Shown here piece after piece: positions 41,436 to 54,270 of a DNA stretch of 64,000 bases. Numbering within the stretch: position 1 is the stretch's first letter; every line of letters starts with the position of its first letter. Source of the DNA: Eledone cirrhosa (taxonomy: Eukaryota); assembly GCA_964016885.1 (NCBI GenBank), contig OZ024743.1:339512001-339576000 (forward strand). The letters run 5' to 3'. Below the pieces are notes generated by a model, which ran no database searches, was not told the origin of the DNA, and saw only the letters and a program-made list of their open reading frames with translations. A program made the translations under genes and the position numbers.

Positions 41436-41447
41436 ATGTCTGACAAG
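41436..41447 (+). other. Candidate 12-nt micro-exon
   Basis: ctaat, then polypyrimidine tract, then ttgcag|ATGTCTGACAAG|gtaaga. Motif-level evidence only. Confidence 0.4.
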
Positions 41448-41545
41448 GTAAGAATTAGTTGGTTATGGTTTGGTTTTGTTGTTTTTTTTAATCACATAGT
41501 AATAAATATAAAGGTAAATATTTCAGTGTATCAGAGCCTTTCTGA

Positions 41546-41605
<60 letters not shown>

Positions 41606-41799
41606 GGAAATTTAGTAAAATCGAATCTCTGGCGGTTTGCAAACAAATTCGGCCTACTTATATATATATATATGAGTGGCCGAATGGCTAAGAAGTCCGT
41701 TTTGTAATCGTAAGGTCCTAGTTTCGTGGTCTCGGTTCTAGTGGGTAAACACAAACGCACCGTGTCATGCTGTTTCTTCTTGAAGTTATAAACGTTTGT

Positions 41800-42460
41800 A
41801 GAATGCTCGCTGCGAATCCACCGTAGACACTTTCGGCCTCTACTCGCTGTCCTGTCGCTATAGCGCCGGCCAACTTCCACGCCATGCTGCTCTTAACGGG
41901 GTCATAAAGCATTGCTTGGATACTGCAGGGTTCCCCTCCCAGCTCGAGCGGGGGGTGCTGGACCGAGGAGATGGCAAAAGGCTAGACGGCATGACTATCT
42001 TCCCGTTCCGCGGTGGTAAATCCCTCGTCTGGGATGCCACATACAGCGACACATTCTTCAGCGGCAACCTGATGCAGTCTGCAACTAACCCAGGCTCTGC
42101 TGCACTTTGGGCTGCGAAGAGTAAACTATCCAAATATCGGTCGTTCTCCAACAGGCTCGCAGTCGAGCCCGTAGAAGTGGAGACTTCTGGTGTAACTTGG
42201 CCCTAGGGCCACCTCCCTACTCACCACCATTGGCTACCCGCAGGTGTGAGCCACGCGAGCTGGAATAGCTCTTCCAGCGCATATCTCTCACCATCCTCCG
42301 GGGAACCGCCTTCTCTATTTTGTCCGCCCCGGGACGGCCAGCGCGTGGGCCCCCATTTTCTCACAATAGTGAGAGATGTGGAGAGCGGGAGAGACGGAGG
42401 CAGTGACAGTGGGAGTGTGGTTCCTTTGTGTTCGGACCTGGTGTATATGTGTGTTTCACA
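41800..42460 (+). mobile_element. CRE-clade non-LTR retrotransposon 3' fragment (zinc knuckle plus restriction-like endonuclease)
   Basis: RCESTVDTFGLYSLSCRYSAG..PRHAALN..I, FPSQLE..L.RGDGKRLDGMTIFPF.GGKSLVWDAT..DT, VETSG. The 3'UTR recurs inverted at ~57378-57478. Confidence 0.8.
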
Positions 42461-42789
42461 GACACAAACTCACACTGAGGCAGTGTAGTTATAAACAGTT
42501 TAACGCCACCTCGGCAACTTATGCTACAAATATTTCTAAATTAGGGGAAGAGAAAGTCGATTGTATTGACCCGAGTATTTAACTGGTACTTTATTTAATC
42601 CACCCATCTAACAACTAGAATACTCATCGCCGAAACTGAAGGCGGAACTATACCTGTACATTCTCCGGATTATTGGTTTAAACACCTTATTTTAAAGGAA
42701 ACAGTTTCTGCCTTTAATAAACAATGGAAATCACAACAAATGCATATCTTTCATGGAACGGGTAGACAAAATGGTGAATACGTTAACCA

Positions 42790-43480
42790 GGAGACATGGC
42801 TTGTTCTTGTGGATGGCCATCTCTATTCCGATCGATGTGAATAAGAGAGGTGGTTCGGAGATCCAGGATGCCAGATGTTTTTTATTGCTATGGATTCGAT
42901 AATAAACCTGTCAGAGAGCAGCTGCTATTTTATCAGCTTGCGATCTTTAGTTTGTTGTACTACAAACCTGGGTTTGACGCCAATTTCGCTAGGTTGCTGT
43001 TGGAGAAAGTGTTGTTGCAGGTTGTATTCCAGGCTAAGGAATTACCACTTCAAAATGGGTAGATTGTAATGCCGTCAGGCCTTTTACGGTCCTCTAACCA
43101 CCATTCAGTTCCAATTGCGATGGGAAATCGGTTGCGTCTGAACCATGTTTAACGATATCGTTGAAAGCAGCATGTTGAATGAAGCAACCGGCACTTAGGC
43201 GCCATGATAACGGACGGAGTCCAATATTTATTATGTATATTCTCAGTTGATTGAGTTAGGCCGTCACCAAGCTTTTGTGCTTAGGTGACGAGGTGGTGGT
43301 GCTTCAAAACATTCTGGGTTGCTATTCTAATTCGCAATAATTCTAAAGCGGAGTCGCAAAATAAACACATCACCGTAATCTTTTCTAAATCTGGGGGTTT
43401 ATCATTGAAAAGTAGAGCGGTGGTGCCATCCAGTGTCCCTCTCTTTGGCGATAGACTCGGGTTGAATGAACAGTGTGAAC
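42790..43480 (-). mobile_element. Second, more decayed CRE-clade 3' fragment
   Basis: Minus strand gives HAAFNDIVKH, FPSQLE, KRPDGITIYPF*SGNSLAWNTTC.NTFS.SNL...ASNPG, with stops and frameshifts. Confidence 0.7.
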
Positions 43481-43744
43481 GTTGCGGAATATTCTCCTCT
43501 GGTTTTTTTTGTTTTGAGTTTAAGTCCTGCCTAGACCACGTACCTATGTAAGGTAGGGTAAAGGGTCCTTAACCCCTGATGGAGTCGTAGCGGCGCCATA
43601 TAAAACTCCTTCGTCGGTGACATTTACTCAGGCAGGACTGAGACGAGAATAGGCTAAAGCCTTTGCGTATGAAACATCGGCTGGATATGTTCATTTGCAT
43701 AAAGCGCAAATAAAAAAGCTGTTAAATCATATCAATCTAAATTT

Positions 43745-43852
43745 TCAGTTTCTTCTCAAGGCAATTGCTTCCATTTTTTTTCTCAAGACAATTGCTTCCA
43801 TGTTTTCTTCTGAAGGCAGTTGCTTCCATTCTTTCTTCTCAAAGCAGTTGCT
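43745..43852. repeat. ~30-bp minisatellite, about 3.5 units
   Basis: ttcttctcaaggcaattgcttccat-type units. Confidence 0.7.
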
Positions 43853-44086
43853 GACAAGTATGTTACAAACATGTAAATTTAACTTAATCTGTATGAAGAA
43901 AACATTTTCGTGTCCAACAATCTTTTATCGTCATCGCCGTCGTCATCATCATCATCTTCGCCTTACTTTCACCACAATGATCATAATCTCCACCACCACC
44001 ACCACCACAATCATCATGATCATGATCCATAATGATGATCATCATCATTTGCCACTACTATCATAATAATCACCGCACCTCCATAA

Positions 44087-44277
44087 TAATTGTTTCTACT
44101 TTTGGCACAAGGCCAGCAATTATCCAGTGTATTACTGGTACTTTATTTTATCGACCCCATAAGGATGAAAGGCAAAGTTAACCTCGGCAGGATTTGAACT
44201 CAGAATGGCAAGGGCCGTAACTCTATGCCCCAAAGCATGTCGTCCGACCCCCTACCGATACTGCCAATCCACCGCAC
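44087..44277 (-). mobile_element. tRNA-derived SINE, full length, with 20-bp flanking direct repeat
   Basis: Reverse complement of the 11289-11478 family. caccgcacctccataataat at 44071-44090 and 44270-44289. Sits in (ATC/ACC)n. Confidence 0.9.
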
Positions 44278-44816
44278 CTCCATAATAATGATCGTAATCA
44301 TCATCATCATCATCATAATCACCGTAATCATCATCAACATGATCACCATCACCATCATCACCACCACCACTCTCTCCCTCTCTTTCAACTGATATCATAG
44401 CAATCTTCACTTCTGTCATGCGCCGTGCGCAGCTATTAATATTATTACTATCATTAAACCAATGCCAACCATATTTTATCATAATTCTCTTCCGTTAACA
44501 TATTAGATATTTCTTTTCCTTTCTTATCAATTTTTCCCCTATCTCAACAATAAATATTATCTTATAAAATAAAGACATAGATCAGAACTAAAAATGCAAA
44601 TTTTCAACCATATAACAAAGTAAATAAATAATATTATAATATAGAGTGAGCGAGATAAATGCACCTAGAACTAGAAGATTCGAGAAGAGATAACTATGAG
44701 CTGACTTGATTCTGTTATGATAAGCTTCCTCAACAGAAATTTGTAATCTTGCTGCCTAAGGTAGAATGGATTGCGTTTCTATACAACTTTATCTATCTCT
44801 CTTCATACCTGGCAAG

Positions 44817-44843
44817 CAGTTCAAAAGCCTTTTCAAAGAAATG
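44817..44843 (+). other. Candidate 24/27-nt micro-exon (NAGNAG acceptor)
   Basis: Pyrimidine tract, then aag|cag|TTCAAAAGCCTTTTCAAAGAAATG|gtaagt. Motif-level evidence only. Confidence 0.3.
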
Positions 44844-45105
44844 GTAAGTAGTTTCTTGTTTGATAGACATTTGTTTCATCAAAGATATATATATATAGTG
44901 TGTGCGTGTGTGTGTGCGCGTGTGTGTATGTGTGTGTATATGTGTATATATGTGTGTGTGTATGTATAATTATATATATATATACGTATATATATATATA
45001 TATACGTATATATATAGGTATAGGTATATATATATACGTATATATATGCATACATAATCATATATTCATACATATAGATGTATACGCGCGCGCGTGCACA
45101 CACAC

Positions 45106-45149
<44 letters not shown>

Positions 45150-45480
45150 TATACATACACATATATATATACATACACACATATATATATATACAACAAT
45201 AAATGGTGATGAAATAATAAATGGCAGAAAGGTGACTAACTTACGTTAGTTTGCACCATACCTCACGAGTTAGGTAGCTATATCTTATTTTTATTTATAT
45301 AACAATGTGAGATCGACAAGATGGTGAGAGAGGTAAGTAAAAACGAAGAGAGTATGACATGCATAAAAAAGACAATTTGGAGGAAAAAAAATGGAAGAAA
45401 AAAGTTGAGATGTGTGTGAGTACGCAGATGTGTTTGAGAGAAACAGAGATACTACCTTATATAGACAGATAGTGATGGAT

Positions 45481-46750
45481 AAGATATATTTCTTTATTAG
45501 CCACAAGGGCGCACAAGAAAAGGGGACAATACAAAGGCATGCCGGGGATACATACAGTAAAAAATATAAAAACAAACAATTACAACAATCGAAATCCCCA
45601 ATAGGGGGAGGCGCCACAAATGGGTTGTTTAATACCCCGTCGATAGAACAACCCTCAACTCCAGGAGCGTGTTGTGCAAGTGCTCCTTTCTTCCTTTTGC
45701 TCTCTTCTTCAACCTACAGGCTTATAAACAGAGAAGGCCCAATCACTCGGGCCATTTTCGCTTCATTCACCCACCTTTCAATAAATTTAGTGGGGTGCAG
45801 TGTCTCTCTCTCCACCCTGATTCTCCTTCTAAAGTAATACTTAAAGAAGGGAATCAATTGTTGTCCGGAGAGAAAGGCATCTGTCCTCAGTCCTCTCAAC
45901 CTCGTCCACCATATAACTTCTTTCACCATAGCCACCGTGCAGAGGAAAACCGCCTCTCTTTCGTTTTTGAAGGAGGCTGGCGGTTTGATCCTTACTATGG
46001 ACTCGGCAGTCAACTGGATTTGTCCCAAACGCGACAGCACTTGTTCTGCATAGTTCCACAGGTCGGTTACGCCCAGGCAGTGTACAATTGCGTGCAGGAT
46101 TGTTTCTATGTCCTGCGCGCAATTTGGACACGTCCTCTTGGAAGGATCCCTGCCGGGGCGTCCGTGCCTCTAGATCTTGTCACGAACCGGTAGAGCTCCT
46201 CGGTAGCACTGCCAGGCCAGGGACCTCTGGAAGTTGTCCATAGGTTCCGGGCGGAAAGTCTTACCAAACAGACTGGTGAGCTCATCGTCTTCGACGCCCA
46301 GAGTCTCTCCGAGCACGTCATCGCCCTTGTAACGTACAATCCCTCTATAGAATGTCGAAGTGGAGTCTCACTGATTGCTGCGCCCGCTTGCCAGAAGACT
46401 GTGAGCGCCTGAGCGCATTCAATGTGCCAGGCGCCCAACGTTTTCGGTCTTTTTTTGGCCCAGGACTGCAGCTCCGTCAGCGAGACGAGCTGTGGAAAAG
46501 CCTGTCTCACAAACGGTGCCCACACCGGTTGGGGGTCGGTGAGGAATACCTGGAGATGCCGCAGCCGCAGCGCATGTTTGCGCATCATCAGCCACGGCAT
46601 TCCCAGCCCTCCGTTGGAAGGGTGCTGACAGCAGACGGATCTCCTCACCAGCGGAGCCTGCTTCTTCCACAGAAACTGGAAGAGCATGCGTTCCATCTTG
46701 GCGAGGTGTTCGCGGGGACAAGGCACGACAGGCAAGCGGTAGTAGATGAC
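45481..46750 (-). mobile_element. Tx1/L1-clade LINE, 5'-truncated copy A
   Basis: SVIYYRL.V.PCP, FQFLW, P.NGGLGMP, CPNCAQDIETILHAIVHC-type zinc motif. 3'UTR ends in AATAAA plus tatccatcactatc. Confidence 0.88.
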
Positions 46751-46765
46751 GGATAGTGATGGATA

Positions 46766-47147
46766 AGATAGATATGTTTCTTTATTAGCCACAGGGGCAC
46801 AAAAGAAGGGGACAAATACAAAGGGGGAAGTTTACATACAATAAAAACGTGTAAAATATTATCACAAATGTAATTTTAAAATTAGTCAATTTTCCCCAAT
46901 AGGGGGAGACATTTCATATGGGTAACACATACCCCCGAAAAAAAATGTGCAACCCTCATTTCCAGGAGTACGAAGAGTTTGTACTCCTTTCCTCTCATCC
47001 TCTTTTTCCTCAACCTACAGGCTGATATAGAGAGAATGCCCATTCACTCGGGCCATTCTCGCCACTTTCACCCACCTCTCATAAAACTTGCTGGGGTACA
47101 GCACCTCTCTCTCCAACCTGATTCTTTTTCCAAAGTGGAATTTGAAA
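46766..47147 (-). mobile_element. Tx1/L1-clade LINE, short 3' fragment copy B
   Basis: Last ORF2 codons and 3'UTR are homologous to copies A and C. Confidence 0.85.
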
Positions 47148-47168
47148 AATAGATAGATAGATAGTGAT

Positions 47169-47306
<138 letters not shown>

Positions 47307-47527
47307 TTCTATTTATTTGCCACGAGGGCACAAAAGAAGGGGAGAAATACAAGGTGGGGGTGAGTTTACTTAAAGGAACGAGTAAAAAACAAATAAATAT
47401 AAAATTAACAATACAGTCCTCAATAAGGAGGAGGCGTTTTGGGGGTTACACACACCCGAAAAAGTGTGCAACCCTTTTCCTTAGGAGCACAGAGAGGGGG
47501 TACTCCTTTGAACTTCCACCTTTCCAC

Positions 47528-50500
47528 CTATAGGCTGATAAAGAAAGAAGGCCCATTCACACGGGCCATTCTCGCTACTTTCACCCACCTTTCATAAAAC
47601 TTGCTGGGTTAGAGCACCTCTCTTCCATTCTGATCCTGCTCTTAAAATGCTATTTAAAGAAAAGTACCAGTTGTTGGCCGGAGAGAAATATGTCCGACCT
47701 CAGCCCTTTCAAACGTGTCCACCATACCACCTCTTTCACCATGGCTATTACACAGAGGAAGACCGCCTCTCCAGATCTTTTTCGAGGGGTCCCTACCCGG
47801 GCGCCCGTGTCTGTAGAGCTTTTCTCGAACGGGCAGCGCCCCTCGGTAGCCCTGTCAGGCCAGGGACTTCTGGAAGTTGTCCATCGGTCCCGGGCCGAAT
47901 GTCCTCCCGAATAGGCTGGCCAGTTCGTCTTCTTCCATGCCTAGGGCTTGTCCGAGGGCGTCGTCGCACCTACTAACCACCAGCCCTCTATAGAATGACG
48001 AGGTGGAGTCTCCACCGATAGACGGGTCCGCCTGCCAGAGAGCCGTGAGCGCCTGGGCACACTCGGTGTGCCAGGCGCCCAGTTTTCTCGGTCTTTGCTT
48101 GACCCAGGACTGCAGCTCGGTGAGCGAGACGAGTCTCGGAAAGGCTCGCCTCACAAACGGGGCCCACACCGGTTGACCGGTGAGGAATATCTGGAGGTGC
48201 CGTAGCCTTAATGCGTGTTTACGCATCAGCAGCCACGGCTTCCCCAGCCCTCCTTTCGAAGGGTGTTGACAGCAAATGGATCTCCTCACCAAAGGAGCCC
48301 GCTTCTTCCAAAGGAATAGGAAGAGTGCGCGCTCCATTTTGGTGAGCGTTTCCCTTGGGCAAGGCACGACGATCAGGCGGTAATAGATGACGGACGCTAT
48401 ATAAGCGTTCGCCATCTCCACCCGCCCTTTCTGGGATAGTTTGCAATCAGCCCACTTCTGCGCCAGCGCAAACACCCTGTTCGATACCTCACCCCAGTTC
48501 TTCTCCACCTGGAGGTCTGGCCCGAACCAGATCCCGAGCATCGGTTTGCCCCTGTAAACTTTTCGTATTCCTCCAGTAAGGTGCCGATCACCCCAATTTC
48601 CGAGGCGGTTGACACCATTACTGTCACGTCATCGGCGTAGGCCGACACCGCTTTGCGCAATCCCGGTTCCAAAGGGATGCCCCGTAACAACTCCAACTTC
48701 CGCAGCAGTGGCTCTAGGGCCAATACATACAGAATGGAGGAGAGAGGGCATCCTTGTCGGATGGACCGCGTGATTTCGAACGGCTCCGAGAGGTAGCCGT
48801 TTACCTTGACCCTAGAGCAGATGCGGCTGCTGTGCATGGCAGTGATCTAGCCCCTGAAACGGGTCCGAAACCTGCCGCCACTAGCACCGCATCCAGGTAA
48901 CGATGATCGACCCTATCAAACGCCTTATATTGATCCAAGTTGATCAGGGCCCCACCAAAGCCGGGTTCGTTCCCAACCCTCTCTATGATGTATCGCATAA
49001 GATGGAGGTTGTCGTGAATGGACCTGGACGGGATGGCGCATGTCTGCGCATCTCCCACCAGGTTACCCACGACAAGCGCCAACCTCTTTGCCAAAATCTT
49101 TAACTCTGCATTTAGCAGAGTTATGGGCCTAAAATTACTTATTTCATCCCCCTTGTTCTCGTCCTTCCTCACTAGCGAGACTACACCCTTGGTCACAGAG
49201 CAGGGAATTCTCCCGTTCTGTTGCCAGTTGCAGTAGACCGCCTCGAGGAGATCGAAGAACAGTTCGTATGGAAGACCATCGAGGCCCGGAGATTTGCGTC
49301 TGCCGCATTGGCTCAGCACGTCCCCTATTTCAGCAGCTGAGATCGGCCTCTCGCAGGACTTCGCCTCCTCGTCCGAAAGACGCGGCAGGCCGTCGAGGTA
49401 TGGACCGAGGTCCACATCCCCATCCGGCCCCCCGCCCCTTCCGAACAATCGGGCAAAGTGCCTTTGAAAGGCCTCGCACATCTGATTAGGTTCAAGGATC
49501 ACCCGTCAATCGTCGTCTCGCAAAGACCGGATAGTGGATCTAATCCCACTTTTGGCTTCTGTCACGCGGGCCCAGCTAACAGCTTTGGTCCCCTCGTTTC
49601 CCAGAGCACGTATTTTGCTTCGGACAACGCAGCCTTCGTGTTTCGCGTCGAAGAACTGGCCCAAGGCCGTTCTCGACGCTAGCACTCTGGCCACGTCGCC
49701 GCTTCTAATTGCCTCTTCTACACTATCTACCAACTCCCGTTCCTTCCTATTTCTATCTGAGGCTAACTTCTTACTAACTCCTATTGAAGCTACTCTAATC
49801 TCTCTTTTCAGAGAGCCCCACCACCTGCTGTTGACGATGGCGCCCGTCAACCGCTCCTTAACTATGATTCTAATCCGGTCCCTGTAAGCTTTACTTGCCC
49901 GTAAGGACAAGTTGAGCTTCCAGTAACCGGGTCCGTGTCTATACGTTCTATCAAGGTTGACCATGGAGGTCACTAACTTGTGGTCTGAATAGCCAACCGT
50001 GAGCATTTCTGGACAACTTAAAAAGTCCCTATCCTTATTTCTAACTAAGAACCTATCTAGGTACGATCTAGATTGACCGCTATGGTTTGTCCAAATCCAG
50101 GTTGGCACAGTCGGAAAATCTAGTCTATATCTATCGGCCAGGTCGAATCGGCCGATTAACCCTTGAGGCTGTTACATCCCCCTCTATCAGGACATGCCCC
50201 TACATAGTCCCAACGTGCATCTAGGATACCATTCCAGTCCCCCACTAAAAGCAAGGAGCGGGACGCCCCTAGAAAAGTCTCCAGACGATGGAAGAAGTCC
50301 GGCCGCATTGACTCAAAAGGGCCTTAGACGACGACCAGCCTAAAAGCTCCGCCTTCTCCAGCACCACTAGTCGAGCCTCCGGGTCCAAGCGTACCGTCTG
50401 TGTAGCGAGACCCAGATGTTTTTACAGCAGAACGACAACCCCACCCCCACCACCGGGCTGACAGAGAGATGCGTGCATCTCAAAGTCATCAAAGGTGGGG

Positions 50501-50646
50501 GCCAGCTGTCGCACGCTGCTGATCCGAGCCTCGCAAATAATCATCACATTTATACATCGTGACCTGAGGTCATTTAGAAGCATTGCTTGCTTGCAATGTG
50601 AGCCCAGGCCACGCGCATTTAGACAACCTACTCTCAATACAGCCAT
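47528..50646 (-). pseudogene. Tx1 ORF2: APE endonuclease plus reverse transcriptase
   Basis: VGCLNARGL, SYLDRFLV, SDHK, GPGYWKLN, KSPGLDGLPYE, NFRPITLLN.ELKILAK, LDQ.KAFDRVDH, RQGCPLS, AYADD, LGIWF. Split over about 7 ORF pieces. Confidence 0.92.
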
Positions 50647-50699
50647 GTTGGTGGTAAAGAGAAAAGGCACTTACCTCTCTGCGTCCCGGGGACCGGGCC

Positions 50700-52271
50700 G
50701 CACAATTTCCATGGGGGTGGGGGATGGGTTGTTGGGTGGGGTGGTGGTTTGTGTAAGTGTAGGGGCATCGGTGTGTGGTGGGGTTGGGGTGTTTGGAGTT
50801 GTGTGGGTGTCTGGGGGGATTTTTTAGGAGGATACGGTTAATGGGTCTGACGCAGGGGGGTGGGGGGCACGTCCTCTTTAAAAGTGTCTTTTAACGTTTT
50901 GTAAATGCCCATTGGGGCTTTTATCATTTTTAGATGGGGAAGCCCCGTTGCTTGTGCGAAATTCGAACCTTCAGTTTTTATTTAAGTTGTTATTATAAAT
51001 AACGTTTAACAGTTTTTGTTTTCAGTTGTGTTTTAACTCGTGGTGTTAGTTGTTTTTGTGGTGGTGGTGGTGGAGGTTGTGTTGGTAGTGTTGTAGTTGT
51101 TGGTGTGGGCAAAATTGGTATTTTTTTGTTTGCTTGGGAACAGGCAGCCCTCAGGTGACCTCTGCCACCACAGAGGTAACAAGCGGGTCGTCTACCCTCC
51201 ACTGTGATGTGTAAGTAGGCAAGTCCATCCAGCAATATGCGGTCGGGGATCCTAGCAATTCGTTCTGGCTGCATTTGCACCAGAACTTGCAGGCTAGTTC
51301 CACCGAACACGTTGCTGGAAGACTTACCTACCGAAATTACTGCATCCTCTTTCGAGTCGAAGAGGCCAGACTACCGCCCAGAAATCAATATCCGGATCGA
51401 TACTGTGTATGGTCAATCTTTGCGTTCTTCTTCCCAAATAAGTGGGGAAGAAGGTAAATAAGGGGGACACAATTGGGGCCAGGGAATGTTTTTCGGCCGT
51501 CAATTTATCTTTCATTCGGATGGATAGACTACCGTAGAGTCTATCCTTCCGAATGAATACAATGTTTTTCAGATGATCTTTTAAAGCCAGTTCAATCTCT
51601 GTCTGTGTGAGTTGTACTGGCTTACGGGTTTTGTTTGATATTGTCCTATAAATAATAGTTTTTAAGCTATTTTCCTTTTTTAGCTCTGGGGGAGAATTTA
51701 AAGAAAATAGACCATTCTCCTCCAAAGTTATATACTTACGTGCATTTTCCATTTGCTGGGCCATGTTCAAAATGTCAATAGGTTCATACACAATGGTTTT
51801 TTTCGTAGTTTGAGCGAACGTCATTTTGTTCGCCCCCTCTTTGTTTACATTTGTCGAAATGTGATTGTTTTCTTGTTTTTTGTTGTTACAATTTTCATCT
51901 TTTGTTGTGTTTGTGTTATTTATGTTGGTGTATGCGTTCACATTTTTTTCCCCGTTGGGGTTAGACTCCATTTTTTAAAAATGTTCACTTATATTTTCAG
52001 TATCCGAGAAACTTGTAGTCACAGCTACTACTTCTCTTTCACCTTTGCTGGTGGGCGTGGCACCGTGAAAAGTCGAAACGGCATCCATTAATGTTGGCAA
52101 TTTCTCCGAGTCAACTTTTTTCATATTTTTTTCATTAGGGTTAGGCTCCATTTTTTCAATGTTTCTAATAATCATTATTCTTTCAGTAGAGAGGCTTGTT
52201 ACCTCAGCTACCCGCTCTCCTTCAGTTTGTTTAGTGGGCGTGTCATCGTTACCTGTGGTAATGGCTTCCAT
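50700..52271 (-). pseudogene. Tx1 ORF1 (gag-like, CCHC zinc knuckle)
   Basis: CYLCGGRGHLRAAC (50993-51310) with a Pro/Thr-rich tail. In-frame stop at 51975 and frameshifts. Confidence 0.8.
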
Positions 52272-52836
52272 TACCACTAGCGTAGAGACAATTACAAGAT
52301 TTTTAGGATGAAAATTTTCACCCCAAAAGGGGTGAAATAAATTAACCCTAAACGCAAGAATACAGACAAACACTTACTGTTAACACGTAATATATCCAAT
52401 AATCGAGGAGCCGATGTGTAGAACATCTATACCAGCCGGAGATAGATAGATAGATAGATAGAAATTTAAGAAAACACAAAAAACAAAGAGGATAGATTAG
52501 AAAAAGTCACAGAAATTCGATTGTTATGACAAGAGAAGGAAAGAAGAAAGAGAGAAAAAGGAGGAAGAAAAACGGAGTTTGGTGTCATAAAGGGGAATAG
52601 AGAGAGAGAGAGAGAGAGAGGAGAGGGAGGGAGAGAGAGAGAGAAATGAAGGGAAAGAGATACGTAGGGAAAGGGAGTAGAGATGGTAAAAGTAGAAAAA
52701 AAGAGTTAATTCAATATTGGTCTCTAATGTCCGAGCGACATATATTTAGAAGGATTCCTATGACCAGTTAACCTTCCATCTAGGAAACCGTCCCTCTCTT
52801 CCACTTTAGTTTATCTAATGCCGGAGCTTTGAATTC

Positions 52837-53111
52837 TGTAGACGTTAAAGAAAATGGATGTTTCTCTTTGTCGAATAAATAAATGCACAATCAAGTCTAA
52901 CAATCATTTTATTTAATGCAATAATTTAGTAAATTTCCTACAACGTCAATATTTTGAGGAGCGGATCTTTCCACGTCTGTTCATGTCCGTGGTCCAAAAA
53001 GGGTGAGTGAACCTGTAGCTGTGTCCGGGTGTATTTTTTTTCCTCCGCTCCCTGAAGGGTTGTTACGGGGAGGCAACTGCTAGTTGCCAAGCGACCATCT
53101 CAGCCACTACA
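52837..53111 (-). mobile_element. Probable 3' LTR of the Gypsy remnant
   Basis: TGTAG...CTACA termini and a minus-strand AATAAA. Lies downstream of the integrase after a weak purine tract. No second LTR is present to confirm it. Confidence 0.5.
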
Positions 53112-53579
53112 TTCACCTCGGAGCAGATTTTTTGTCGAGAAATCGTTAACAATGAAGCGAAGGTAGTTTACAAAATGTAGAAGAATGTATCAACAAATTA
53201 AAAAAAATAATAATAAATAGGTTCATGTCTGCAAGCATTAACTCAGGAAAAAAAAAAAAAAAAAAAACGTACAGTAAAAGATGCAAAATGCATGAAAAGA
53301 TAACACTCTTCGCAATAAAGGGGCCCCAGATGCGATAAACAAGAAAAAAAATGTTTTGCTAGGCAATGAAAATGCCATATGTAGCATAGTTATAAAAATG
53401 CACTAAAAAAAAAGGACTGTGTCAGAATTGACAACAGTCGTAATGTTACGCAAAATATAATATATTGACACTGCCGTAGGCAGTCAAGAATCCAAAAGTA
53501 ACAAAATGCAATGTACAACAAAAACAATTGGAAGGAAAAAACAAAACAAAAAAAAAATACAATTCAGTTTATATTACTG

Positions 53580-54270
53580 CATAGCTTATGGGGCCAATGC
53601 ACCCTTCGCCCAGAATGGGTCGTAGTTCTGTGTGTTGATGGTGTGGGGGGGGAAGAAATAGGTCTGTGTGGCAAAGAAAAAGAGGGGGGCATTGAGTTTC
53701 AAGTGTCATTGTGTCATTGTGTCATTGTCCAGGTTTGCTCGTTTGAGACGATCAACGGAAACCGTTTCCCTGGAACCCCGAATGTCCAGTGTGAAATGTT
53801 TGTCTGTGCGAGCAAGCACACGATAGGGTCCAGAGTACGGCCGTTGAAGAGGGGGTCTCACGGCGTCGTCTCTAACGAACACATGGGTCCACAAGGCAAT
53901 ATCCCTTGGGACGGCAGTTTTTACAGTCTGCTTCCTAGTGCCCATCGGTGGTAGATCCTTGAAATAAGAGTGAAGCCGGGACACGTAGGAAGCGGGGTCC
54001 TGCGAAGTCAGGTCAAAAGGGGCCAGCATTTTCCCCGGTAACGCCAGAGGCGTACCATAAACTAATTCGGCAAAGGAGAACCCAAGGTCCACCTTTACCG
54101 TCGACCGAATACCCAACAATACAATGGGTAGGTACTCGCTCCAACGTGAAGAGTCCATGGAAGCCCTTAAGGAGGCTTTGAGCTGCCTGTGGAATCTTTC
54201 CACCATTCCGTTTGAGGCTGGGTGGCCTGTGGAATCTTTCCACCATTCCGTTTGAGGCTGGGTGGTAATT
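53580..54270 (-). pseudogene. Ty3/Gypsy integrase C-terminal fragment
   Basis: YHPASNGMVERFHRQLKASL, LP.VLLGIR, AELVYG..L.LPG, LQ.PYSGPY.V, VSVDRLK, SGRRVHWP. 40-bp tandem duplication at 54186-54265. Confidence 0.9.

Noticed and set aside
41673-41760. tRNA-like head (gtggccgaatggctaag)
   Set aside because: Only an A-box-like motif; too decayed to call.
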